Position numbers and translations under genes: made by a program
The notes under the pieces: generated by a model
The model's database searches: none
The model's input: the letters and a program-made list of their open reading frames with translations, nothing else
Told to the model about the DNA's origin: nothing
In this document: positions 1 to 19,736 of the stretch, in pieces
Layout of the letters: the number at the start of each line of letters is the position of its first letter
Numbering within the stretch: position 1 is the first letter of the stretch
Source of the DNA: the human T2T-CHM13v2.0 reference genome, Homo sapiens
DNA length: 64,000 nucleotides
NCBI RefSeq assembly: GCF_009914755.1
Contig: NC_060948.1
Direction: 5' to 3' (one strand)

Positions 1-639
1 TATATACTTTTATAACATAATTTACATAAAATATCATAATATAATATATATTATATTATTTCATATTACATAATATATATTACATATCACCCAATATAAG
101 TAACATACATAATATTATAATATAGATTATATTATGTTATATTAAATATCATATATATCATGTATCATATATTCTATAATATATATGATACATTATATAA
201 TATGTATGCTGTCTATTATGTGATATATATAACTATATATAATTATATTATTATACATATTACTAGATAAACATGTAATTCTACATATTTTCATTTATAA
301 TATATAGAATTATATAATCATATATAATTATTTATATTCTATAAAAAATTATATCCTTATATAAATTATAATATATAAAAATTATAATATGTACTACAAA
401 TATATATATTATATATCATATATGATATAGTACCTTTGTTATATATCATAATACATATAAATGTGTATTATGTTATCTATAATTATATAATTTCATATAT
501 AAGATGTATAATATGTATTATATATTATATATGTTATGTAATATATATAGTATATATAAGATGACACAGGATAAATATTATATACTATGACATATAAAAT
601 ATATGAGGTTATATGTTACATATAAGGCATAGCACATAA

Positions 640-954
<315 letters not shown>

Positions 955-1524
955 AGATCCATATTTTTTAAATGAAAAAAAATTTCAAAGGTACTCTGCT
1001 TGGTACAATAATCAAATGTATAAACTGAGGAATAAAACATAACCATGAAACCTACTTATAACTGCATATGGAAAATACAGAGGATAATTTTTTAAATAAC
1101 ATATTTTGAAAGCCTTAACTAGTAATTTGAAGAGTTGGCATTTGAAAGGCCAGTATGAATATACCTTCAAAGCAGCAACACAGGTTCCCCATGAGAAAAA
1201 GCAAACTCAGGGAAAATAAAACCACAAAGGTTCAATCTCTTCTGACCTTTGAAAGACACAGCACAGACAGTGGTCCTTAGGACGAAGAGCAGGAGACCCC
1301 TAATTCCGTCACCATGGCGATAGGGCATAAACATTGCTGGGTGAGGGCACAATCCACATTGTGAGGTCCAACTGCTGCCAGGAAGACAGGAGTGCTTTTA
1401 CATAGACCGAAAGGTCATTGAAGGCTCAGAGTTTTGTTTCAAGAACTGAATCCCAAGCCCACACGTTATTAGGCTGCGCTTCTTAAAACAAGTTATGAGA
1501 TGGGAAAAAGGGCACCTACAAACA
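955..1524. repeat. HSATI-type segment, DYZ2 copy 1
   Basis: ~570-bp mixed-sequence block between the Alu and the AT-rich tract, near-identical in each unit. Family name is from the known DYZ2 structure; right boundary approximate. Confidence 0.8.
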
Positions 1525-3367
<1,843 letters not shown>

Positions 3368-3937
3368 AGATCCATATTTTTTAAATGAAAAAAAATTTCA
3401 AAGGTACTCTGCTTGGTACAATAATCAAATGTATAAACTGAGGAATAAAACATAACCATGAAACCTACTTATAACTGCATATGGAAAATACAGAGGATAA
3501 TTTTTTAAATAACATATTTTGAAAGCCTTAACTAGTAATTTGAAGAGTTGGCATTTGAAAGGCCAGTATGAATACACCTTCAAAGCAGCAACACAGGTTC
3601 CCCATGAGAAAAAGCAAACTCAGGGAAAATAAAACCACAAAGGTTCAATCTCTTCTGACCTTTGAAAGACACAGCACAGACAGTGGTCCTTAGGACGAAG
3701 AGCAGGAGACCCCTAATTCCGTCACCATGGCGATAGGGCATAAACATTGCTGGGTGAGGGCACAATCCACATTGTGAGGTCCAACTGCTGCCAGGAAGAC
3801 AGGAGTGCTTTTACATAGACCGAAAGGTCATTGAAGGCTCAGAGTTTTGTTTCAAGAACTGAATCCCAAGCCCACACGTTATTAGGCTGCGCTTCTTAAA
3901 ACAAGTTATGAGATGGGAAAAAGGGCACCTACAAACA
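3368..3937. repeat. HSATI-type segment, copy 2
   Basis: Near-identical to 955-1524. Confidence 0.8.
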
Positions 3938-5468
3938 TACGTATACATTATGTATATAATAATATACAGTATCATATATATAATATATATAACCCATGTA
4001 TAATATTGTTTTACATCCTGCATCTTATATTATATATATTGTATAAAATATAATAATTGATAATATATAAATTTTATATTTATACAATATGACATATAGT
4101 ATATATTATAATTTATTACATATATAATATATGTTATATATCATATATAGAATATATTATACGGTTAATATACGTATTAAATATAAATTATACATTATAT
4201 ATATTATATATAATATATCTGCTATATATAATACCCATTGTGCATAATATATATATTATGTCTATGTTATATATAGTATAAAACAACATATAATAATATA
4301 TAATTGTATATATAAAACGCGACATATAATATATATTATATTTTATGACATATGTAATATATATTATATATTATATATAATACGTTGTATGTATAATACC
4401 TATATTAAATATAAATTATATGAATATGTTATTAATTACATGTCACATATGTTATATATTATATATTTTACATAGAATATACCGGTTACATACAATATAT
4501 ACTATGTTACCTATAATGTATAATTTATTACATGTAAAATAAAGAATGCAATATATTATGTATAATTTATAATATACAATATGTGGAATGTGATATATAT
4601 AACATATAATATATGATATATGATATACAGTATATGATATATAACATACAATATATGATACCTAATATATATGGTATACAATATATATTTTATGATATGT
4701 ATTCTATATGTTTTATATTCTGTTATATATAACTATTTGAAATTATATATAACTGTATAATATTTTATGTAAATATGTAATATAATATATAACTATATAA
4801 TATATTATATATAACTATATATTATGTTATATATACTTTTATAACATAATTTACATAAAATATCATAATATAATATATATTATATTATTTCATATTACAT
4901 AATATATATTACATATCACCCAATATAAGTAACATACATAATATTATAATATAGATTATATTATGTTATATTAAATATCATATATATCATGTATCATATA
5001 TTCTATAATATATATGATACATTATATAATATGTATGTTGTCTATTATGTGATATATATAACTATATATAATTATATTATTATACATATTACTAGATAAA
5101 CATGTAATTCTACAAATTTTCATTTATAATATATAGAATTATATAATCATATATAATTATTTATATTCTATAAAAAATTATATCATTATATAAATTATAA
5201 TATATAAAAATTATAATATGTACTACAAATATATATATTATATATCATATATGATATAGTACCTTTGTTATATATCATAATACATATAAATGTGTATTAT
5301 GTTATCTATAATTATATAATTTCATATATAAGATGTATAATATGTATTATATATTATATATGTTATGTAATATATATAGTATATATAAGATGACACAGGA
5401 TAAATATTATATACTATGACATATAAAATATATGAGGTTATATGTTACATATAAGGCATAGCACATAA

Positions 5469-5783
<315 letters not shown>

Positions 5784-6353
5784 AGATCCATATTTTTTAA
5801 ATGAAAAAAAATTTCAAAGGTACTCTGCTTGGTACAATAATCAAATGTATAAACTGAGGAATAAAACATAACCATGAAACCTACTTATAACTGCATATGG
5901 AAAATACAGAGGATAATTTTTTAAATAACATATTTTGAAAGCCTTAACTAGTAATTTGAAGAGTTGGCATTTGAAAGGCCAGTATGAATATACCTTCAAA
6001 GCAGCAACACAGGTTCCCCATGAGAAAAAGCAAACTCAGGGAAAATAAAACCACAAAGGTTCAATCTCTTCTGACCTTTGAAAGACACAGCACAGACAGT
6101 GGTCCTTAGGACGAAGAGCAGGAGACCCCTAATTCCGTCACCATGGCGATAGGGCATAAACATTGCTGGGTGAGGGCACAATCCACATTGTGAGGTCCAA
6201 CTGCTGCCAGGAAGACAGGAGTGCTTTTACATAGACCGAAAGGTCATTGAAGGCTCAGAGTTTTGTTTCAAGAACTGAATCCCAAGCCCACACGTTATTA
6301 GGCTGCGCTTCTTAAAACAAGTTATGAGATGGGAAAAAGGGCACCCACAAACA
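5784..6353. repeat. HSATI-type segment, copy 3
   Basis: Near-identical to 955-1524. Confidence 0.8.
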
Positions 6354-7911
6354 TACGTATACATTATGTATATAATAATATACAGTATCATATATATAAT
6401 ATATATAACCTATGTATAATATTGTTTTACATCCTGCATCTTATATTATATATATTGTCTAAAATATAATAATTGATAAAATATAAGTTTTATATTTATA
6501 CAATATGACATATAGTATATATTATAATTTATGACATATATAATATATGTTATATATCATATATAGAATATATTATACGGTTAATATACGTATTAAATAT
6601 AAATTATACATTATATATATTATATAAAATATATCTGTTATATATAATACCCATTATGCATAATATATATATTATGTCTATGTTATATATACTATAAAAC
6701 AACATATAATAATATATAACTGTATATATAAAATGCGACATATAATATATATTATATTTTATGACATATGTAATATATATTATATATTATATATAATACG
6801 TTGTATGTATAATACCTATATTAAATATATATTATATGACTATGTTATTAATTACATGTCACATATGTTATATATTATATATTTTACATAGAATATACCG
6901 GTTACATACAATATATACTATGTTACCTATAATGTATAATTGATTACATGTAAAATAAAGAATGCAATATATTATGTATAATTTATAATATACAATATGT
7001 GGAATGTGATATATATAACATATAATATATGATATATGATATACAGTATATGATATATAACATACAATATATGATACCTGATATATATGGTATACAATAT
7101 ATATTTTATGATATGTATTCTCTATGTTTTATATTCTGTTATATATAACTATTTGAAATTATATATAACTGTATAATATTTTATGTAAATATGTACTATA
7201 ATATATATAACTATATAATATTTTATATATAACTATATATTATGTTATATATACTTTTATAACATAATTTACATAAAATATCATAATATAATATATATTA
7301 TATTATTTCATATTACATAATATACATTCCATATGACCCAATATAAGTAACATACATAATATTATAATATAGATTATATTATGTTATATTAAATTTCATA
7401 TATATCATGTATCATATATTCCATAATATATATTATACATTATATAATATGTATGTTGTCTATTATGTGATATATATAACTAAATATATAATTATATTGT
7501 TATACATATAACTAGATAAACATGTAATTCTACATATTTTCATTTATAATATATAGAATTATATAATCATATATAATTATTTATATTCTATAAAAAATTA
7601 TATCATTATATAAATTATAATATATAAAAATCATAATATGTCCTACAAATATATATATTATATATCATATATGATATAGTACCTTTGTTATATATCATAA
7701 TACATATAAATGTGTATTATGTTATCTATAATTATATAATTTCATATATAAGATGTATAATATGTATTATATATTATATATGTTATGTAATATATATAGT
7801 ATATATAAGATGTCACAGGATAAATATTATATACTATGACATATAAAATATATGAGGTTATATGTTACATATAAGGCATAGCACATAACATGTAATATAT
7901 ATCATCTATAA

Positions 7912-8203
<292 letters not shown>

Positions 8204-8773
8204 AGATCCATATTTTTTAAATGAAAAAAAATTTCAAAGGTACTCTGCTTGGTACAATAATCAAATGTATAAACTGAGGAATAAAACATAACCATGAAAC
8301 CTACTTATAACTGCATATGGAAAATACAGAGGATAATTTTTTAAATAACATATTTTGAAAGCCTTAACTAGTAATTTGAAGAGTTGGCATTTGAAAGGCC
8401 AGTATGAATATACCTTCAAAGCAGCAACACAGGTTCCCCATGAGAAAAAGCAAACTCAGGGAAAATAAAACCACAAAGGTTCAATCTCTTCTGACCTTTG
8501 AAAGACACAGCACAGACAGTGGTCCTTAGGACGAAGAGCAGGAGACCCCTAATTCCGTCACCATGGCGATAGGGCATAAACATTGCTGGGTGAGGGCACA
8601 ATCCACATTGTGAGGTCCAACTGCTGCCAGGAAGACAGGAGTGCTTTTACATAGACCGAAAGGTCATTGAAGGCTCAGAGTTTTGTTTCAAGAACTGAAT
8701 CCCAAGCCCACACGTTATTAGGCTGCGCTTCTTAAAACAAGTTATGAGATGGGAAAAAGGGCACCCACAAACA
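8204..8773. repeat. HSATI-type segment, copy 4
   Basis: Near-identical to 955-1524. Confidence 0.8.
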
Positions 8774-10330
8774 TACGTATACATTATGTATATAATAATA
8801 TACAGTATCATATATATAATATATATAACCTATGTATAATATTGTTTTACATAATGCATCTTATATTATATATATTGTATAAAATATAATAATTGATAAT
8901 ATATAAGTTTTATAATTATACAATATGACATATAGTATATATTATAATTTATGACATATATAATATATGTTATATATCATATGTAGAATATATTATACGG
9001 TTAATATACGTATTAAATATAAATTATACATTATATATATTATATATAATATATCTGTTATATATAATACCCATTATGCATAATATATATATTATGTCTA
9101 TGTTATATATAGTATAAAACAACATATAATAATATATAATTGTATATATAAAATGCGACATATAATATATATTATATTTTATAACATATGTAATATATAT
9201 TATATATTATATATAATACGTTGTATGTATAATACCTATATTAAATATATATTATATGACTATGTTATTAATTACATATCACATGTGTTATATATTATAT
9301 ATTTTACATAGAATATACCGGTTACATACAATATATACTATGTTACCTATAATGTGTAATTTATTACATGTAAAATAAAGAATGCAATATATTATGTATA
9401 ATTTATAATATACAATATGTGGAATGTGATATATATAACATATAATATATGATATATGATATACAGTATATGATATATAACATACAAAATATGATTCCTA
9501 ATATATATGGTATACAATATATATTTTATGATATGTATTCTATATGTTTTATATTCTGTTATATATAACTATTTGAAATTATATATAACTGTATAATATT
9601 TTATGTAAATATGTAATATAATATATATAACTATATAATATATTATAGACAACTATATATTATGTTATATATACTTTTATAACATAATTTACATAAAATA
9701 TCATAATATAATATATATTATATTATTTCATATTATATAATATATATTACATATCACCCAATATAACTAACATACATAATATTATAATATAGATTATATT
9801 GTGTTATATTAAATATCATATATATCATGTATCATATATTCTATAATATATATTACACATTATATAATATGTATGTTGTCTATTATGTGATATATATAAC
9901 TATATATATAATTATATTTTTATACATATAACTAGATAAACATGTAATTCTACATATTTTCATTTATAATATGTAGAATTATATAATCATATATAATTAT
10001 TTATATTCTATAAAAATTTTATCATTATATAAATTATAATATATAAAAATTATAATATGTACTACAAATATATATATTATATATCATATATGATATAGTA
10101 CCTTTGTTATATATCATAATACATATAAATGTGTATTATGTTATCTATAATTATATAATTTCATATATAAGATGTATAATATGTATCATATATTATATAT
10201 GTTATGTAATATATATAGTATATATAAGATGACACAGGATAAATATTATATACTATGACATATAAAATATATCAGGTTATATGTTACATATAAGGCATAG
10301 CACATAACATGTAATATGTATCATATATAA

Positions 10331-10622
10331 TTTTTTTTTAGACAGAATCTTGTCGTGTTGCACAGGGTGGGGTACAATGGCGCCATCTTTGCTCACTGCA
10401 ACTTCTGCCTCATGGGTCCAAGCGATTGTCCTCCCTCAGCCTCCCAGGTAGCTGGGACTACACCACACTGGGACTACACCAGCTGCCACCATGCCTAGCT
10501 AATTTTTTGTATTTTTAGTAGTGACAGCGTTTCACTGTATTGGCCAGTATGGTCTTGATCTCTTCACCTTTTGATCCCCTTGCCTTGGCCTCCAAATTTG
10601 CTGGGATTACAGGCCTGAGCCA
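10331..10622 (-). mobile_element. Decayed Alu, DYZ2 copy 5
   Basis: Same Alu with variants agaatc, ggggtac, caacttc. Confidence 0.95.
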
Positions 10623-11192
10623 AGATCCATATTTTTTAAATGAAAAAAAATTTCAAAGGTACTCTGCTTGGTACAATAATCAAATGTATAAACTGAGGAA
10701 TAAAACATAACCATGAAACCTACTTATAACTGCATATGGAAAATACAGAGGATAATTTTTTAAATAACATATTTTGAAAGCCTTAACTAGTAATTTGAAG
10801 AGTTGGCATTTGAAAGGCCAGTATGAATATACCTTCAAAGCAGCAACACAGGTTCCCCATGAGAAAAAGCAAACACAGGGAAAATAAAACCACAAAGGTT
10901 CAATCTCTTCTGACCTTTGAAAGACACAGCACAGACAGTGGTCCTTAGGACGAAGAGCAGGAGACCCCTAATTCCGTCACCATGGCGATAGGGCATAAAC
11001 ATTGCTGGGTGAGGGCACAATCCACATTGTGAGGTCCAACTGCTGCCAGGAAGACAGGAGTGCTTTTACATAGACCGAAAGGTCATTGAAGGCTCAGAGT
11101 TTTGTTTCAAGAACTGAATCCCAAGCCCACACGTTATTAGGCTGCGCTTCTTAAAACAAGTTATGAGATGGGAAAAAGGGCACCCACAAACA
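10623..11192. repeat. HSATI-type segment, copy 5
   Basis: Near-identical to 955-1524, variant aaacacaggg. Confidence 0.8.
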
Positions 11193-12749
11193 TACGTATA
11201 CATTATGTATATAATAATATACAGTGTCATATATTTAATATATATAACCTATGTATAATATTGTTTTACATCCTGCATCTTATGTTATATATATTGTATA
11301 AAATATAATAATTGATAATATATAAGTTTTATAATTATACAATATGACATATAGTATATATTATAATTTATGACATATATAATATATGTTATATGTCATA
11401 TATAGAATATATTATACGGTTAATATACGTATTAAATATAAATTATACATTATATATATTATATATAATATATCTGTTATATATAATACCCATTATGCAT
11501 AATATATATATTATGTCTATGTTATATATAGTATAAAACAACATATAATAATATATAATTGTATATATAAAATGCGACATATAATATATATTATATTTTA
11601 TAACATATGTAATTTATATTATATATTATATATAATACGTTGTATGTATAATACCTATATTAAATATATATTATATGACTATGTTATTAATTACATGTCA
11701 CATGTGTTATATATTATATATTTTACATAGAATATACCGGTTACATACAATATATACTATGTTACCTATAATGTATAATTTATTACATGTAAAATAAAGA
11801 ATGCAATATATTATGTATAATTTATAATATACCATATGTGGAATGTGATATATATAACATATAATATATGATATATGATATACAGTATATGATATATAAC
11901 ATACAATATATGATTCCTAATATATATTGTATACAATATATATTTTATGATATGTATTCTATATGTTTTATATTCTGTTATATATAACTATTTGAAATTA
12001 TATATAACTGTATAATATTTTATGTAAATATGTAATATAATATATATAACTATATAATATATTACATATAACTATATATTATGTTATATATACTTTTATA
12101 ACATAATTTACATAAAATATCATAATGTAATATATATTATATTATTTCATATTACATAATATATATTACATATCACCCAATATAACTAACATACATAATA
12201 TTATAATATAGATTATATTGTGTTATATTAAATATCATATATATCATGTATCATATATTCTATAATATATATTACACATTATATAATATGTATGTTGTCT
12301 ATTATGTGATATATATAACTATATATATAATTATATTTTTATACATATAACTAGATAAACATGTAATTCTACATATTTTCATTTATAATATGTAGAATTA
12401 TATAATCATATATAATTATTTATATTCTATAAAAATTTTATCATTATATAAATTATAATATATAAAAATTATAATATGTACTACAAATATATATATTATA
12501 TATCATATATGATATAGTACCTTTGTTATATATCATAATACATATAAATGTGTATTATGTTATCTATAATTATATAATTTCATATATAAGATGTATAATA
12601 TGTATCATATATTATATATGTTATGTAATATATATAGTATATATAAGATGACACAGGATAAATATTATATACTATGACATATAAAATATATCAGGTTATA
12701 TGTTACATATAAGGCATAGCACATAACATGTAATATGTATCATATATAA

Positions 12750-13041
12750 TTTTTTTTTAGACAGAATCTTGTCGTGTTGCACAGGGTGGGGTACAATGGC
12801 GCCATCTTTGCTCACTGCAACTTCTGCCTCATGGGTCCAAGCGATTGTCCTCCCTCAGCCTCCCAGGTAGCTGGGACTACACCACACTGGGACTACACCA
12901 GCTGCCACCATGCCTAGCTAATTTTTTGGATTTTTAGTAGTGACAGCGTTTCACTGTATTGGCCAGGATGGTCTTGATCTCTTCACCTTGTGATCCCCTT
13001 GCCTTGGCCTCCAAATTTGCTGGGATTACAGGCCTGAGCCA
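12750..13041 (-). mobile_element. Decayed Alu, DYZ2 copy 6
   Basis: Near-identical to copy 5. Confidence 0.95.
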
Positions 13042-13611
13042 AGATCCATATTTTTTAAATGAAAAAAAATTTCAAAGGTACTCTGCTTGGTACAATAATC
13101 AAATGTATAAACTGAGGAATAAAACATAACCATGAAACCTACTTATAACTGCATATGGAAAATACAGAGGATAATTTTTTAAATAACATATTTTGAAAGC
13201 CTTAACTAGTAATTTGAAGAGTTGGCATTTGAAAGGCCAGTATGAATATACCTTCAAAGCAGCAACACAGGTTCCCCATGAGAAAAAGCAAACACAGGGA
13301 AAATAAAAACACAAAGGTTCAATCTCTTCTGACCTTTGAAAGACACAGCACAGACAGTGGTCCTTAGGACGAAGAGCAGGAGACCCCTAATTCCGTCACC
13401 ATGGCGATAGGGCATAAACATTGCTGGGTGAGGGCACAATCCACATTGTGAGGTCCAACTGCTGCCAGGAAGACAGGAGTGCTTTTACATAGACCGAAAG
13501 GTCATTGAAGGCTCAGAGTTTTGTTTCAAGAACTGAATCCCAAGCCCACACGTTATTAGGCTGCGCTTCTTAAAACAAGTTATGAGATGGGAAAAAGGGC
13601 ACCCACAAACA
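13042..13611. repeat. HSATI-type segment, copy 6
   Basis: Near-identical to copy 5. Confidence 0.8.
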
Positions 13612-15146
13612 TACGTATACATTATGTATATAATAATATACAGTGTCATATATTTAATATATATAACCTATGTATAATATTGTTTTACATCCTGCATCTT
13701 ATGTTATATATATTGTATAAAATATAATAATTGATAATATATAAGTTTTATAATTATACAATATGACATATAGTATATATTATAATTTATGACATATATA
13801 ATATATGTTATATGTCATATATAGAATATATTATACGGTTAATATACGTATTAAATATAAATTATACATTATATATATTATATATAATATATCTGTTATA
13901 TATAATACCCATTATGCATAATATATATATTATGTCTATGTTATATATAGTATAAAACAACATATAATAATATATAATTGTATATATAAAATGCGACATA
14001 TAATATATATTATATTTTATAACATATGTAATTTATATTATATATTATATATAATACGTTGTATGTATAATACCTATATTAAATATATATTATATGACTA
14101 TGTTATTAATTACATGTCACATGTGTTATATATTATATATTTTACATAGAATATACCGGTTACATACAATATATACTATGTTACCTATAATGTATAATTT
14201 ATTACATGTAAAATAAAGAATGCAATATATTATGTATAATTTATAATATACCATATGTGGAATGTGATATATATAACATATAATATATGATATATGATAT
14301 ACAGTATATGATATATAACATACAATATATGATTCCTAATATATATTGTATACAATATATATTTTATGATATGTATTCTATATGTTTTATATTCTGTTAT
14401 ATATAACTATTTGAAATTATATATAACTGTATAATATTTTATGTAAATATGTAATATAATATATATAACTATATAATATATTACATATAACTATATATTA
14501 TGTTATATATACTTTTATAACATAATTTACATAAAATATCATAATGTAATATATATTATATTATTTCATATTACATAATATATATTACATATCACCCAAT
14601 ATAACTAACATACATAATATTATAATATAGATTATATTGTGTTATATTAAATATCATATATATCATGTATCATATATTATATAATATATATTACACATTA
14701 TATAATATGTATGTTGTCTATTATGTGATATATATAACTATATATATAATTATATTTTTATACATATAACTAGATAAACATGTAATTCTACATATTTTCA
14801 TTTATAATATGTAGAATTATATAATCATATATAATTATTTATATTCTATAAAAAATTTTATCATAATATAAATTATAATATATAAAAATTATAATATGTA
14901 CTACAAATATATATATTATATATCATATATGATATAGTACCTTTGTTATATATCATAATACATATAAATGTGTATTATGTTATCTATAATTATATAATTT
15001 CATATATAAGATGTATAATATGTATCATATATTATATATGTTATGTAATATATATAGTATATATAAGATGACACAGGATAAATATTATATACTATGACAT
15101 ATAAAATATATGAGGTTATATGTTACATATAAGGCATAGCACATAA

Positions 15147-15461
<315 letters not shown>

Positions 15462-16031
15462 AGATCCATATTTTTTAAATGAAAAAAAATTTCAAAGGTA
15501 CTCTGCTTGGTACAATAATCAAATGTATAAACTGAGGAATAAAACATAACCATGAAACCTACTTATAACTGCATATGGAAAATACAGAGGATAATTTTTT
15601 AAATAACATATTTTGAAAGCCTTAACTAGTAATTTGAAGAGCTGGCATTTGAAAGGCCAGTATGAATATACCTTCAAATCAGCAACACAGGTTCCCCATG
15701 AGAAAAAGCAAACACAGGGAAAATAAAAACACAAAGGTTCAATCTCTTCTGACCTTTGAAAGACACAGCACAGACAGTGGTCCTTAGGACGAAGAGCAGG
15801 AGACCCCTAATTCCGTCACCATGGCGATAGGGCATAAACATTGCTGGGTGAGGGCACAATCCACATTGTGAGGTCCAACTGCTGCCAGGAAGACAGGAGT
15901 GCTTTTACATAGACCGAAAGGTCATTGAAGGCTCAGAGTTTTGTTTCAAGAACTGAATCCCAAGCCCACACGTTATTAGGCTGCGCTTCTTAAAACAAGT
16001 TATGAGATGGGAAAAAGGGCACCCACAAACA
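15462..16031. repeat. HSATI-type segment, copy 7
   Basis: Near-identical to copy 6. Confidence 0.8.
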
Positions 16032-17587
16032 TACGTATACATTATGTATATAATAATATACAGTATCATATATATAATATATATAACCTATGTATAATAT
16101 TGTTTTACATCCTGCATCTTATGTTATATATATTGTATAAAATATAATAATTGATAATATATAAGTTTTATATTTATACAATATGACATATAGTATATAT
16201 TATAATTTATGACATTTATAATATATGTTATATATCATATATAGAATATATTATACGGTTAATATACGTATTAAATATAAATTATACATTATATATATTA
16301 TATATAATATATCTGTTATATATAATACCCATTATGCATAATATATATATTATGTCTATGTTATATATAGTATAAAACAACATATAATAATATATAATTG
16401 TATATATAAAATGCGACATATAATATATATTATATTTTATAACATATGTAATATATATTATATATTATATATAATACGTTGTATGTATAATACCTATATT
16501 AAATATATATTATATGACTATGTTATTAATTACATGTCACATGTGTTATATATTATATATTTTACATAGAATATACCGGTTACATACAATATATACTATG
16601 TTACCTATAATGTATAATTTATTACATGTAAAATAAAGAATGCAATATATTATGTATAATTTATAATATACAATATGTGGAATGTGATATATATAACATA
16701 TAATATATGATATATGATATACAGTATATGATATATAACATACAATATATGATTCCTAATATATATGGTATACAATAAATATTTTATGATATGTATTCTA
16801 TATGTTTTATATTCTGTTATATATAACTATTTGAAATTATATATAACTGTATAATATTTTATGTAAATATGTAATATAATATATATAACTATATAATATA
16901 TTATATATAACTATATATTATGTTATATATACTTTTATAACATAATGTACATAAAATATCATAATATAATATATACTATATTATTTCATATTACATATTA
17001 TATATTACATATCACCCAATATAACTAACATACATAATATTATAATATAGATTATATTATGTTATATTAAATATCATATATATCATGTATCATATATTCT
17101 ATAATATATATTACACATTATATAATATGTATGTTGTCTATTATGTGATATATATAACTATATATATAATTATATTTTTATACATATAACTAGATAAACA
17201 TGAAATTCTACATATTTTCATTTATAATATGTAGAATTATATAATCATATATAATTATTTATATTCTATAAAAAATTTTATCATTATATAAATTATAATA
17301 TATAAAAATTATAATATGTACTACAAATATATATATTATATATCATATATGATATAGTACCTTTGTTATATATCATAATACATATAAATGTGTATTATGT
17401 TATCTATAATTATATAATTTCATATATAAGTTGTATAATATGCATCATATATTATATATGTTATGTAATATATATAGTATATATAAGATGACAGGATAAA
17501 TATTATATACTATGACATATAAAATATATCAGGTTATATGTTACATATAAGGCATAGCACATAACATGTAATATATATCATATATAA

Positions 17588-17879
17588 TTTTTTTTTAGAC
17601 AGAATCTTGTCCTGTTGCACAGGGTCGGGTACAATGGCGCCATGTTTGCTCACTGCAACTTCTGCCTCACGGGTCCAAGCGATTGTCCTCCCTCAGCCTC
17701 CCAGGTAGCTGGGACTACACCACACTGGGACTACACCAGCTGCCACCATGCCTAGCTAATTTTTTGTATTTTTAGTAGTGACAGCGTTTCACTGTATTGG
17801 CCAGGATGGTCTTGATCTCTTCACCTTGTGATCCCCTTGCCTTGGCCTCCAAATTTGCTGGGATTACAGGCCTGAGCCA
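17588..17879 (-). mobile_element. Decayed Alu, DYZ2 copy 8
   Basis: Same Alu, copy 5-8 variant class. Confidence 0.95.
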
Positions 17880-18449
17880 AGATCCATATTTTTTAAATGA
17901 AAAAAAATTTCAAAGGTACTCTGCTTGGTACAATAATCAAATGTATAAACTGAGGAATAAAACATAACCATGAAACCTACTTATCACTGCATATGGAAAA
18001 TACAGAGGATAATTTTTTAAATAACATATTTTGAAAGCCTTAACTAGTAATTTGAAGAGCTGGCATTTGAAAGGCCAGTATGAATATACCTTCAAAGCAG
18101 CAACACAGGTTCCCCATGAGAAAAAGCAAACACAGGGAAAATAAAAACACAAAGGTTCAATCTCTTCTGACCTTTGAAAGACACAGCACAGACAGTGGTC
18201 CTTAGGACGAAGAGCAGGAGACCCCTAATTCCGTCACCATGGCGATAGGGCATAAACATTGCTGGGTGAGGGCACAATCCACATTGTGAGGTCCAACTGC
18301 TGCCAGGAAGACAGGAGTGCTTTTACATAGACCGAAAGGTCATTGAAGGCTCAGAGTTTTGTTTCAAGAACTGAATCCCAAGCCCACACGTTATTAGGCT
18401 GCGCTTCTTAAAACAAGTTATGAGATGGGAAAAAGGGCACCCACAAACA
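17880..18449. repeat. HSATI-type segment, copy 8
   Basis: Near-identical to copies 6-7. Confidence 0.8.
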
Positions 18450-19736
18450 TACGTATACATTATGTATATAATAATATACAGTATCATATATATAATATAT
18501 ATAACCTATGTATAATATTGTTTTACATCCTGCATCTTATGTTATATATATTGTATAAAATATAATAATTGATAATATATAAGTTTTATAATTATACAAT
18601 ATGACATATAGTATATATTATAATTTATGACATATATAATATATGTTATATGTCATATATAGAATATATTATACGGTTAATATACGTATTAAATATAAAT
18701 TATACATTATATATATTATATATAATATATCTGTTATATATAATACCCATTATGCATAATATATATATTATGTCTATGTTTTATATAGTATAAACCAACA
18801 TATAATAATATATAATTGTATATATAAAATGTGACATATAATATATATAATATTTTATGACATTTGTAACATGTATTATATATTATATATATTACGTTGT
18901 ATGTATAATACCTATATTAAATATATATTATATGACGATGTTATTAATTACATGTCACATATGTTATATATTATATATTTTACATGGAATATACCGGTTA
19001 CATATAATATATACTATGTTACCTATAATGTATAATTTATTACCTGTAATATAATGAATGTCATATATTATATATAATTTATAATATACAATATGTGGAA
19101 TGTGATATATATAACATATATGATATATGATATAAAGTATATGATATATAACATACAATATATGATACGTAATATATATGGTATACAATATATATTTTAT
19201 GATATGTATTCTATATGTTTTATATTCTGTTATATATAACTATTTGAAATTATATATAACTGTATAATATTTTATGTAAATATGTAATATAATATATATA
19301 ACTATATAATATATTATATATAATTATATTTTATGTTATATATACTTTTATAACATAATTTACATAAAATATAATAATATAAAATATATTATATTATTTC
19401 ATATTACATAATATATATTCAATATCACCCAATATAAGTAACATACATACTATTAAAATATAGATTATATTATGTTATATTAAATATCATTTATATCATG
19501 TATCCTATATTCTATAATATATATTATGCATTATATAATATGCATGTTGTCTATTATGTGATATATATAACTATATATATAATTGTATTATTATACATAT
19601 AACTATATAAACATGTAATTCTATATATTTTCATTTATAATATATAGAATTATATAATCATAATTATTTATATTCTATAAAAAATTATATCATTATATAA
19701 ATTATAATGAGATGGGAAATAGGGCACACACAAACA
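18450..19736. repeat. Internally deleted DYZ2 unit: truncated AT tract fused to the last ~30 bp of HSATI, no Alu
   Basis: ...tataaattataAT|gagatgggaaatagggcacacacaaaca at 19707-19736; explains the 3705-bp spacing. Confidence 0.92.

Noticed and set aside
1167-1352. 61-aa ORF MCPHPAMF... repeated in all 10 DYZ2 copies
   Set aside because: No ATG at the called start (alternative start codon) and no recognisable domain. Conservation equals that of surrounding repeat DNA, and the diverged copy 9 has 11 amino-acid changes, showing no coding constraint.
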